DNA from: Candidatus Oxydemutatoraceae bacterium
Lineage (GTDB): Bacteria; Pseudomonadota; Gammaproteobacteria; Poriferisulfidales; Oxydemutatoraceae
Length of the DNA stretch: 64,000 nucleotides
Reading direction: 5' to 3'
Assembly (NCBI GenBank): GCA_965220085.1
Contig: CBDCOZ010000003.1
Location: forward strand, 192,001-256,000
Of this stretch, positions 30,703 to 39,392 are shown in pieces. The position numbers and the translations under genes are program-made. Each line of letters starts with the position of its first letter. Position 1 is the stretch's first letter. Below the pieces are notes generated by a model. It was given only the letters and a program-made list of their open reading frames with translations, had not been told where the DNA came from and searched no databases.

Positions 30703-31000
30703 CACTTATTTGTCAGGGGGTTAGGTAAAAGCGTCGCGCCGCTTCCTCGACTCCGGATCACATTTTTCCAATACTAATCCGCTGCCAGTCCGCTTGGATG
30801 TAACGATAGTATGCGCATATGTCTCGATACCTGTGCTCATCTGCGTCCCGCTTTGAGGAGGATTCGCTCCTGCTCACACGCTCCGCCCAATGCAAAGGGC
30901 CGGATACTCCGCGTAGCCAGCCCAACTGTCACCGTTGGCATGAATCGGATGCGTCGACAATCAGTCGTGCGATGATGCGCGGGCCGGGACAAGGCAAGTT
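30703..31000 (-). pseudogene. Degenerate paralog of secreted protein 33215-33709
   Basis: Colinear DNA matches such as cccaatgcaaagggccgg, cccaactgtca and ctgccagtcc; no intact ORF. Confidence 0.6.
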
Positions 31001-31164
31001 CATGGAAGGCCCGTTGCGGTAGCGCGAGCCATCCCTCGCAGGATTTGCACCGACACGCTCCTTGGGGCTGACTAGCAGGTAACCCGACGGCAACCGCAAA
31101 ACTTTCCGCACACACCCGTGTCCGTCACGCCGTTTTGATTCGCGCACCGGAGACATCCCCGCAA

Positions 31165-31340
31165 CGAATAAATTATCTGTTATGGTTTAACGCCAAAACA
31201 CTACGAAGGAATCACACTACGGACTGAATCTTCAAGCACCCATGACGCACCCCATGTGTCCAATATGTCATGGCATATCAAACAACCATAGAGTTTTTGT
31301 TGATGTCAGAAATCCAGAATATTTCTGGCATTATTCAGTA
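31165..31340 (+). mobile_element. IS481 right-end remnant followed by a left-end remnant
   Basis: YLLWFNAK...HYGLNLQAPM coding remnant, then cccatgtgtccaatatgtcatggca, then tgatgtcagaaatccagaatatttctggcattattca. Confidence 0.65.
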
Positions 31341-31429
31341 ATATAATGAAGGAATCACTCATAATTTTACTTGTGTCCGTTTTTATGCTAATAATTGTGT
31401 ACTCGTTAACTGACTAGGGGGGTATAACG

Positions 31430-32287
31430 ATGGCACATAAAAAAATTCTTTTTGAAGGCGATTCTTGGTTTGCATATCCTAATCCGGGCGTTTCAAATGT
31501 TTATGAAGCATTTAAGTTTATTAACGGAGAAAGGTCTGCTAAAGAAAGACACGAAATTTATTTCCAAACATATTCAGCAAGACCGCTCCCACCTTTTGGC
31601 GCTCCCAAAGGAAGGCCTCTTTCTAGGAACGGCGATACAATTGCAGAAATGGCAAGCGAAGAAAATGGACAACTTTGGAATATTCTAGATAACAGAAAAG
31701 TAGATGCGTTAGTTCTTTCCGGAGGAGGGAATGATATCGTTGACAGGTTATGTCGAGACAGAGATATATTATCAGGGAAGAAGAAACCGTCAGGATGGAA
31801 ACCGTTGCTAAAACGATGGAACGCGACTGCTACAAAACCAACTGAACTCATTAATGGGGGGCAACTTACTGCATTATTGAAGGGTATTGAAGGTGACTAT
31901 AAGAAAATTTTAGCCAGATTGGGAACGGGTAAGAGTAAAGGGGCTCAAGTTCTGGCACATGATTACACTTTTTTGAAGCCAAGCGGAATACCTTCAAAAG
32001 CGATACTTGGACTTGCCGGTGTGTTTGGAAACGGGCCTTGGTTAAAACCTTCTCTTGTGGCAGCGGGCTATCCTGCTAAAGAAATTGATAAGATGGGTCA
32101 GAAAGTATGTGATCATGTAATGCGCCAATTTTCTAAAACATTAGCCGGATTACAGACTGGCAATAAAAACTTTTGTTTAGTCAGTAGTCAAAAGGTAGAT
32201 GGTCTGGATGGTTATTTGATTGATGAGTTACACTTAAATCGCACGGGGTGTATGTTTGTTGCCATTGAGATTATGAAGAAACTGTGA
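31430..32287 (+). CDS. SGNH/GDSL hydrolase-family protein
   Basis: EGDSWF (block I), LSGGGND (block III) and DELH (block V). Confidence 0.8.
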   Translation: MAHKKILFEGDSWFAYPNPGVSNVYEAFKFINGERSAKERHEIYFQTYSARPLPPFGAPKGRPLSRNGDTIAEMASEENGQLWNILDNRKVDALVLSGGGNDIVDRLCRDRDILSGKKKPSGWKPLLKRWNATATKPTELINGGQLTALLKGIEGDYKKILARLGTGKSKGAQVLAHDYTFLKPSGIPSKAILGLAGVFGNGPWLKPSLVAAGYPAKEIDKMGQKVCDHVMRQFSKTLAGLQTGNKNFCLVSSQKVDGLDGYLIDELHLNRTGCMFVAIEIMKKL

Positions 32288-32298
32288 GGTAAGTAGCT

Positions 32299-32913
32299 AT
32301 GAGTAATTCGATGAAAAGTCTGTGTTGTTGCTTTTGTTCGTGGCTAAAGGAGCGTTTTTCGCCGCCAAAAAGGAATAGAACAATAGTCGTGATAATAGTA
32401 GCACCGCTCCTCCTGTTGTTAGCGATTTGGTTCGTGTGTAGCTTCTATTCTGCTATAACTTCAGGAAAGAATATTTTGGTTCATACGGTGTTTATTTTTG
32501 GATTCGTTGGAGGGATTATGAGCATGACCCAAAGATATTCCAAAGAAAAAGCAGTAGCAGAAGTAGCAGAAACAAAAGTAAAAGCAGAAGCGAAAGAAGA
32601 AGTGGCAGGAAAAATAACTCTTTCAGATTATATACGCTCCTCTATTTTCGGTGGGGTTTTTGCAATTATCTTAATGCTGATATTTCAGGGCGGACTTGGA
32701 GCTACTATAGGGGATGTTAATCTATTTCCTGTCTATTGTATGGATTACCCTATTACAAGTTCTATGGAATTCTTTGAGTTGCTAAGTTGTTATCCCGAGA
32801 CTGGTGCAGATGTTGCAAAACTGTTGGTCTGGTCTTTTTTAGCGGGGTTTAGTGAGCGAATGGTCCCTGGAGCTCTTGGTAAGCTGAGTTCCCGGATTGG
32901 AAGCAAAACCTAG
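32299..32913 (+). CDS. Four-TM membrane protein with AGFSER motif
   Basis: Hydrophobic segments; GFVGGIMS...SFLAGFSERMVP; 11 bp after the SGNH gene. Confidence 0.75.
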   Translation: MSNSMKSLCCCFCSWLKERFSPPKRNRTIVVIIVAPLLLLLAIWFVCSFYSAITSGKNILVHTVFIFGFVGGIMSMTQRYSKEKAVAEVAETKVKAEAKEEVAGKITLSDYIRSSIFGGVFAIILMLIFQGGLGATIGDVNLFPVYCMDYPITSSMEFFELLSCYPETGADVAKLLVWSFLAGFSERMVPGALGKLSSRIGSKT

Positions 32914-33214
32914 CAGTAAGGAGTCCCCTCAATGCCACCCCGATGCTCGCCTCTGCCAGCACGAAAGGCTCCTCTACCTCTAAAAAGAATAATTAAAGAA
33001 TATAGCAAAGGCCGTAAGCTTCCGCGTTAAGAAGCGCAATTGAGGATTTGATTGCTATTAAATATCTTGCTGTGGTGATTCGGCGCAACAGCAGAAATCT
33101 GCTCGCCATTTAACGAGGCTGTAGAGCTTAACCCTGTATGTGAGTATCCAGCAAAGGATAATAAATTGGGGATTGGTATACAATTCTAGCAACTGGTTAT
33201 CAGGACATAAGCCC

Positions 33215-33709
33215 TTACCCGGGGCTAAGGTGAAAATCTGGTGTTTTATACTGGTGCGACCCCAGGTTACATTTTTCTAATACTAATTTACTGCCAGTCC
33301 ACTTGGATTTAACGACCGTATACACATGTGTCGTGATACCTGTGTCCAAATTCTCGGTGTATTTATCTCCCCTGTCCACACATTCCACCCAATGCAAAGG
33401 GCCGGGATACACCGCTTCGCCAACCCAACTGTCATCGTTGGTAAGAACCGTATCGGAATCTACATCCGGACACTTTGGATTACCAGAGTTTATGTCACCA
33501 TATTCATCCTCCCAGTCACTGACTTCTTCAAAGCAGTAGTGCACGGCGATATCTTTATCACATGTGTTCCGAAACACATAGTCATCGTCCTCATAGTAGT
33601 CATGGTCATTGCCAGAATACCTGATCACTTTAAGACAGTCTTTTGCCCACACTGGCGATGCCCCCAACATAAGTGTCGTTAAAAGCATGGTTAAAAGCAC
33701 TTTTTTCAT
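33215..33709 (-). CDS. Secreted acidic Cys-containing hypothetical protein
   Basis: Signal peptide ending SPVWA; six Cys; RBS aagga. Confidence 0.75.
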   Translation of the reverse strand: MKKVLLTMLLTTLMLGASPVWAKDCLKVIRYSGNDHDYYEDDDYVFRNTCDKDIAVHYCFEEVSDWEDEYGDINSGNPKCPDVDSDTVLTNDDSWVGEAVYPGPLHWVECVDRGDKYTENLDTGITTHVYTVVKSKWTGSKLVLEKCNLGSHQYKTPDFHLSPG

Positions 33710-34019
33710 TGCGTTGTTCCTTGTGTTCGTTTGTTGAAATAGGCTACGATGCCAATTGACAGAGTATTACGGTATGCGGGTATCGTAGCATGGCCTGACA
33801 AGCGCACGATTCCGAGGCGGCTTGCAGATTATTGTGTGTAAATCCCTATATCGCCCTTGTCATCGCGCCGGCAAGACGCTCGGGTCTTGTCTTACATTGA
33901 TTTCGTCCGGTACGGCAAGTGTTATGTCCCGTTCGGGTTTCTCGGCTGTGGGCTCCCAACTTTGAGGTTCATTGATGGGGTGGTTGGCAATAAAATACAT
34001 GGGCTCTTGATGTGCTGAA

Positions 34020-35471
34020 CTACTCATCAGATGGATTATCCTCAGTATCATAATCTATCTCATCATCACTACTATATAGCTCCTTAAGTTCCTGAACAAA
34101 ATTCACAGCATTTTTTATCTCCTCATCCGTTTCTTTTTCGTATCTGTTAATAATCTCATTTAGTGTTTTACGGGTATCTGTGTCGGAAGTATTATCCATC
34201 ATTGCATATGTAAGGCCTGCTCTAATAGCAATCCATATCACAGGGACTTCGGGTTTCTTTATTTCTTTGGCCTCATCATACACTGCCTTAAAAATCGTGT
34301 TTGCTTTTTTTGAATTCTCTAAGTTGAGATGATCAATTCCTGAAAAAAGCTTCGCCGTAAGGCGGATTTCTGTATTCGTCGTTGGTGCTTGATCTTGAAT
34401 CTTTTCATAAGCACTTATCGCTTGTGAAAAGCATTCTTTTTCTCCCAAAGCTATAGCTTCGTCTATAGCCTTTTTCAAACTCTCGTCGGTAATCTCCTTG
34501 AGAGTAATGTCCTTACAAAGGTTATCTTTTGTTGCTACTACTTTTGCTGCCTCTGCTTTTGCTGCCTCTGCTTTTGCTTTTGCTTTTTCTTCTTCTGCTT
34601 TTGCTGCTCTAACTTCTGCCTCTTCAGCTACTCCTATGTCTGCTTCTGCTTTTTTTACTTCTGTTTTTGCTTTCGCTACTTCTGCTTCTGCTTGTGCTGC
34701 TTCTGCTGTTGCTTTTGCTACTTCTTTTGTTGCTTCTTCTGCTGCTACCTTTGCTTCTGCTATTTCTGTTGCTTTAACTGTTGTCCTTACTCCTATGCTT
34801 CCTGATGATCTTGGAAATGCTTTTGCTATTTCTGCTTTTGTAACCGCTGTCTTTTCATCTACTCCTATGCCTGCTGTTGCTGTTGCTACTTTTTTTGTTG
34901 CTTCTGCTGCTTTTGCTTTCGCTACTTCTGCTTGTGCTTCTGCTGCTGCTGCTGCTATTTTTGCTACTCCTTCTGCCACTTTTTTTGCTACTACTTTTTC
35001 TGCTACTTTTCCTGCTACTTTTCCTGCTACTTCTTCTGCTTTTGCTGCCTGATTATCAATACGTTCTGAGAACCTAGTCAGCTGACTATCAATACGGAAT
35101 GCCATAAGGACAAAGAGGCCGCCAACAATTGCTACAAGTAGCGTGAGAACAGTCTCTTGATATTCGAAATGCTCTTTCTTTGAAGAGCTTTCACGAGATA
35201 CTAACCGTATAGATATTGCTACAACAGCAAAAGCGAGAATAAAAAGCATGATGAAATGCATGATATGCGCTGGTTCTAGCCACTTCTCCCACCCCTTTTC
35301 TTTTTCTCCATCTGATGCCGCATCTGCAGTGGACGCATTCTCCTGCTTCTCTGTCTGCATGGCGAATGAATGTTCGCCACCCGATGCCATGCGCACTACG
35401 AAATCAACAGTCAGCACAAATAGCAAAATGCTTGCGAGTACTACGAGTACTTTCTTTATTCCATCGGTCAT
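34020..35471 (-). CDS. Membrane protein with long Ala/Lys/Glu-rich helical stalk and helical C-terminal domain
   Basis: Three TM segments, then low-complexity AEAAKAKA repeats at ~34540-35050. Confidence 0.75.
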   Translation of the reverse strand: MTDGIKKVLVVLASILLFVLTVDFVVRMASGGEHSFAMQTEKQENASTADAASDGEKEKGWEKWLEPAHIMHFIMLFILAFAVVAISIRLVSRESSSKKEHFEYQETVLTLLVAIVGGLFVLMAFRIDSQLTRFSERIDNQAAKAEEVAGKVAGKVAEKVVAKKVAEGVAKIAAAAAEAQAEVAKAKAAEATKKVATATAGIGVDEKTAVTKAEIAKAFPRSSGSIGVRTTVKATEIAEAKVAAEEATKEVAKATAEAAQAEAEVAKAKTEVKKAEADIGVAEEAEVRAAKAEEEKAKAKAEAAKAEAAKVVATKDNLCKDITLKEITDESLKKAIDEAIALGEKECFSQAISAYEKIQDQAPTTNTEIRLTAKLFSGIDHLNLENSKKANTIFKAVYDEAKEIKKPEVPVIWIAIRAGLTYAMMDNTSDTDTRKTLNEIINRYEKETDEEIKNAVNFVQELKELYSSDDEIDYDTEDNPSDE

Positions 35472-35529
35472 ACGAACTCCCTCACAAGGTAATTATGACT
35501 AGCATATCGCAAGTTTACACCACCTCTCT

Positions 35530-36552
35530 CTACGGGTTTTGCAACTCGTGGAGCAGGTCTTGCGGGGAGCGGGGGCCGCTGAGGAGTCTGCCGTCGTCAA
35601 GCAGGAAGGTTGGTGTTCCGGCGACATTTAAGGTTCTGGCCAGAGCAAGGTTGTCGGCGACGGGGTCGGAGTCGCAGGATGCTTTTGCAATGGCCTCGCC
35701 TGCCATGGCTTTGTCCAGAGCGGCTTGGCGGTCATCGGAGCACCATACATTAATAGTCTGGCGCACAGCCTCATCGCCAAGGAATGGCACGAGGATGTAG
35801 TCAACCCGGATGCCGCGCTTTTGAAACTCGTTCAGTTGGCCGTGCAGCTTGCGGCAGTACGGGCAGTTGACATCGCTGAAGACGCGAACGGTGTGCCGGT
35901 ATTCTTCGGGGGCGTAGGTCAGGAGGTTTTCCTGTTTGATGTTGGCGAGGCTCTCTTTGCGCAAGGAGGCTTTCACCCGCTCGCCCAGATTGACGTTGTC
36001 GCGCAGGTTGAACAGTGTTCCGGCAATCAAAAACTTGCCGTCATCGGACTTGTAATACACCTTGCCACCGGCGGCGATGACTGTGGCGAACCCTTTCAGC
36101 TTGGAGGGGAAACTTTTCAGGGCGCGGACATCGGGAAGCTCTGCGCGCTTCACAGCGGCGGGGTCATCCCCGCGCAACACGGCTTGCGCCCGCTCATTCA
36201 GGCTGACACTGTCGCGCACATTAAACACAGTCCCGGCAATCAGGAACATGCCGTCATGCGAAATGTAATACACCTGCCCGTTGGCGGTGACTGCGGAAAA
36301 CCCTTGCAATCCCGACGGGAGCGCGTCTTCCACCTGAACGTTCGGAAACGATTGATCCATATACTTCTGCGCCTGCCCGCGGTCGAGCGTCTCGCCGCCC
36401 GCCCCGCTGTGACTATCCGCCCGCGCACTCTGCGCCGCGCCCGGCGCAACCAAGCCGACAGCAGTCATAGCAACTAGAGCAACCAGCGCACCCGCGCCGA
36501 CAATGACCGGCGTAATCGCCGCCGGCATCAAGCAACTAAATCTTGTTTTCAT
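35530..36552 (-). CDS. dsbC: DsbC-family disulfide isomerase with duplicated N-terminal dimerisation domain
   Basis: FSDVNCPYCRKLH and GTPT. Two copies of the YYxSxDGxFLIAGTxFN domain. Confidence 0.85.
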   Translation of the reverse strand: MKTRFSCLMPAAITPVIVGAGALVALVAMTAVGLVAPGAAQSARADSHSGAGGETLDRGQAQKYMDQSFPNVQVEDALPSGLQGFSAVTANGQVYYISHDGMFLIAGTVFNVRDSVSLNERAQAVLRGDDPAAVKRAELPDVRALKSFPSKLKGFATVIAAGGKVYYKSDDGKFLIAGTLFNLRDNVNLGERVKASLRKESLANIKQENLLTYAPEEYRHTVRVFSDVNCPYCRKLHGQLNEFQKRGIRVDYILVPFLGDEAVRQTINVWCSDDRQAALDKAMAGEAIAKASCDSDPVADNLALARTLNVAGTPTFLLDDGRLLSGPRSPQDLLHELQNP

Positions 36553-36829
36553 TTCGCATCCTCCCGTTAAAAGTCCAGTGCAATCAAGTCAATATGAATC
36601 GTCCCGCCCATCAGTTCTTCGGAATCGGTGGTCTCGGCATAGGCGAGTTTGACCAGCCCACCCGCGCCGACAACGACCGGCGCAATCGCCGCCGGCATCA
36701 AGCAACTAAATCTTGTTTTCATTTCGCATCTTCCCGTTAAAAGTCCAGTGCAATCAAGTCAATATGAATCGTCCCGCCCATTAACTCCTCGGAGTCGGTG
36801 GTCTCGGCATATTCCAGCTTGACCAGCCC
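36490..36829. repeat. 170-bp tandem duplication spanning the lipoprotein/dsbC junction
   Basis: 36490-36659 is repeated at 36660-36829. Confidence 0.92.
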
Positions 36830-37444
36830 GACATCGGGCGCATACCACTCGTCAATCTGAAAGTGCATGATGTGCGGCATCAGGTGCAGCAAGCGGCTGC
36901 GCGGCACCGCAACTTCCGCATAGCCCTGAACATGCAGGCAATTTTCAAACCGCCCCTGCGGCACTTCAATAGTGGCGTCGGTGGCGACGATCTCCCAGTC
37001 CGCCAAGTAGCGAACGGCTTCTTTGATTGTCGGCGCGGTCTGGCTGGTCAGCAGATACGGGCGCATCCGGTGCTCCCATTTGGTGCCGGCTTGCAGCGGT
37101 TCTTTGATGATGAAGCGCGCCGGGTCGTCAAGTTTCAATTCGGGTTCAATGATGGAGCTGCGGGCGACGCGCATGATGCTGTCGTCGCGCTTCGTGATGT
37201 AGTAGTAGTTGCCGGAGCTGGTGCCGCGCACATAGTATTCGCTGTCATCGCTCACCTTGCCGTAGTTGGTAATGGTAAGCGTGTCTTCGCGTTTGCCTTT
37301 GGCGTCTTCGGTGACGACCTGATAGTGCCAGGCCAAGCCCGGTTGCAAGGGGAAGTAGCCGCTCGGCGGCTCGCCGCCGCAACCTGTCAGGCAAGCGCCG
37401 AGCAATGCGAGGAGGGGGTATTGCCTGCCGCGCCGCCGCCTCAT
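36737..37444 (-). CDS. Lipoprotein of unknown function
   Basis: Lipobox LTGC; YFPL.PG..W.Y, VPQGRFENCL and EWYAPDVGLVK patterns. Confidence 0.75.
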   Translation of the reverse strand: MRRRRGRQYPLLALLGACLTGCGGEPPSGYFPLQPGLAWHYQVVTEDAKGKREDTLTITNYGKVSDDSEYYVRGTSSGNYYYITKRDDSIMRVARSSIIEPELKLDDPARFIIKEPLQAGTKWEHRMRPYLLTSQTAPTIKEAVRYLADWEIVATDATIEVPQGRFENCLHVQGYAEVAVPRSRLLHLMPHIMHFQIDEWYAPDVGLVKLEYAETTDSEELMGGTIHIDLIALDF

Positions 37445-37959
37445 TTTTCCGGCAACTCCTGTCGCGGGAAAGCATCCAGACGGATGCGGCTTATGCGCTC
37501 TTCCATCCAGGTTCTCGGCGCCAGCAGGCGCGGGCCGGAAGTATGCTCCACCCGCCCGAGTTGCGCATCGCCGCGCTTCAAGCCTTTGAGGGCGGCGGTC
37601 ACCTGCGCGTGCAAGTCGGCTGAATATGGCAGCGTATGCGCGCGCGGCATGTCAAACACTTTGCGCTTTTTCAGATCGTATTCGGCAACCCACACAAACA
37701 CGTTGCCGGTCTCGCCCCGGTCCTCGTTCGGTTCTTTCACATAGCCCGACAGAAAGACGAACTCTTGCGGCAACGATTCGGCGGTCGGCCAGCCGAGAAG
37801 GTGTTCCAGCGATGCGTAGGTGACGAAGTAGAAGACGCTGATGCCAAGCACTACCCCGACCTTAATCCACCGCGCCCAGCGGGTGCAGACCAGTAGCAGG
37901 ACGACCAGCACGGCGAGGGCGACATAAGCCAGACTGATGCCGATAATCGCTTCGTTCAT
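37441..37959 (-). CDS. Two-TM conserved hypothetical protein
   Basis: Two N-terminal TM helices followed by LLGWP; overlaps both neighbours by 4 bp. Confidence 0.8.
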   Translation of the reverse strand: MNEAIIGISLAYVALAVLVVLLLVCTRWARWIKVGVVLGISVFYFVTYASLEHLLGWPTAESLPQEFVFLSGYVKEPNEDRGETGNVFVWVAEYDLKKRKVFDMPRAHTLPYSADLHAQVTAALKGLKRGDAQLGRVEHTSGPRLLAPRTWMEERISRIRLDAFPRQELPEK

Positions 37960-38564
37960 GCCGGCTCCACCTTAACCAATTGCTTGGGCAGGGTATTGAG
38001 ATTGCCCACCTGTCCTTGTCCGTCTAAAGAAAATCGCACCACTGTTATTTCGTCTCCCGCGCGTTGTAGTTCGACATTATTGTAGTACAAAATCTCCAAT
38101 GACGGATTTACCTTTGACACACTCACGGAGGCGGTGACCGGATTGCCGCTGTTGGATTTGTAGTAGTGCAGGTTGACGACATATTCCCCCGGTATCAGTT
38201 TACGCACGGTGACGATTTCCTGATTAAGGGGGTTTACAACCTCGCGCCCGTCGACGGTGATGGTGTCGTTTTGCGCACCGCGGTCGTCGCGGTCAAGGTG
38301 CATAAAGCCGGTGTCGGTATTGCGAAACCACAGCACCCGCCCGCCGGGGTCTTCCACCCAGGTGTCCACATCGTCCTCGCTGTTGTCGGGCCACTTCACA
38401 GAGACGATGTACTCGGCCTTGAGTTCGACGTTGCCAAGGTCCGCCGGCGGCGAAATAAACACGATTGCGATCAGAAACAGAAAAGCAAAAATCAGCATGG
38501 AGTTGAACAGCAAGTCCAGAAACGGATCCATGCCGGTGCTGCGGGTTGCGCGACGGAATGCCAT
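37956..38564 (-). CDS. Single-TM protein with ExbD/MotB-like TM Asp and YfaP/DUF2135-like periplasmic domain
   Basis: PFLDLLF TM start; W..N..DVDTWVEDP, HLDRDDRG and PGEYVVNLHYY. Confidence 0.7.
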   Translation of the reverse strand: MAFRRATRSTGMDPFLDLLFNSMLIFAFLFLIAIVFISPPADLGNVELKAEYIVSVKWPDNSEDDVDTWVEDPGGRVLWFRNTDTGFMHLDRDDRGAQNDTITVDGREVVNPLNQEIVTVRKLIPGEYVVNLHYYKSNSGNPVTASVSVSKVNPSLEILYYNNVELQRAGDEITVVRFSLDGQGQVGNLNTLPKQLVKVEPA

Positions 38565-39322
38565 TACGTATCCCCTTGCAGATTCCCCTTGCCGCCGGCG
38601 TCCGCCGCACTACCGACCAGTCTGGTGGTGGCAAAGTGGGTGGCGATGCTGAGCAACCGGTCCGCTCCGCGGTCAATCATAAGATATTGAAAGCTCAGCA
38701 GAATGGTTCCGACCAGACCGACCAGAGTGGTGTTGAGTGCGACACGCATCCCGCCGGTCATGCCGCTGAATAATTCCGGCACATGCGATGCGTCGTAACT
38801 GACGGTCTCGTGTATTGAAGCCAGCATGATGATGAAGCCGGCCACGGTGCCGAGCAGGCCGAGTTTGATCAGAAGTTGGGCGAAGAACCAACCGGTTTCG
38901 TGTGAGCCGGTAACCCTTTCGACCAGCACCGCGTTGATGTCTTTGAGTTGCGCCTCCCTTTGCGGTGAGCACCGGGTGGCATCTGTCAGGTAGTCGGTCA
39001 GCGGCGAGTCCGGCAAGGGCGCGCCGTCAAAGCGCACCGTGCGCGATGCGTCCGTCGTCGTTTGCAACGCATCGGGGCGGGCTATGATCGCGGTGATCTC
39101 GCGCAGGCGCGCGGACAGGCAGGCGCTGCGGAAGGCGCAGTGCATCGTGCCGCCGGCGAAGATGAGCATGATGACGACGGACAGACGGGTCGGGTCGGTT
39201 CTGATAACATTTTGAATGAGATCGTTGTGCCACAGCACCCAGAAGGCAAAGACCAGGACGGTGAAAAATGCCAGCCAGTGCAACAGCACGGCATCGGCGA
39301 CGCTGTTATCGGGGTTGTTCAA
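38564..39322 (-). CDS. MotA/TolQ/ExbB proton-channel family protein
   Basis: LGLLGTVAGFI...GMRVALNTTLVGL signature. Confidence 0.85.
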   Translation of the reverse strand: MNNPDNSVADAVLLHWLAFFTVLVFAFWVLWHNDLIQNVIRTDPTRLSVVIMLIFAGGTMHCAFRSACLSARLREITAIIARPDALQTTTDASRTVRFDGAPLPDSPLTDYLTDATRCSPQREAQLKDINAVLVERVTGSHETGWFFAQLLIKLGLLGTVAGFIIMLASIHETVSYDASHVPELFSGMTGGMRVALNTTLVGLVGTILLSFQYLMIDRGADRLLSIATHFATTRLVGSAADAGGKGNLQGDT

Positions 39323-39392
39323 GTGTTTTGTCGTATTTCATTTTTCTGTATAATAACCCAAGTATCAAGTTCTCAAGTAGTTTTACCGACAA

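Noticed and set aside
2837-31340. Active transposon
   Set aside because: All IS481 pieces are short, frameshifted or internally deleted, with no intact transposase ORF.
37956-39322. Zorya, flagellar MotAB or TolQR
   Set aside because: No OmpA/peptidoglycan-binding domain, no long ZorA tail, and no zorCDE, flagellar or tolB/pal neighbours.
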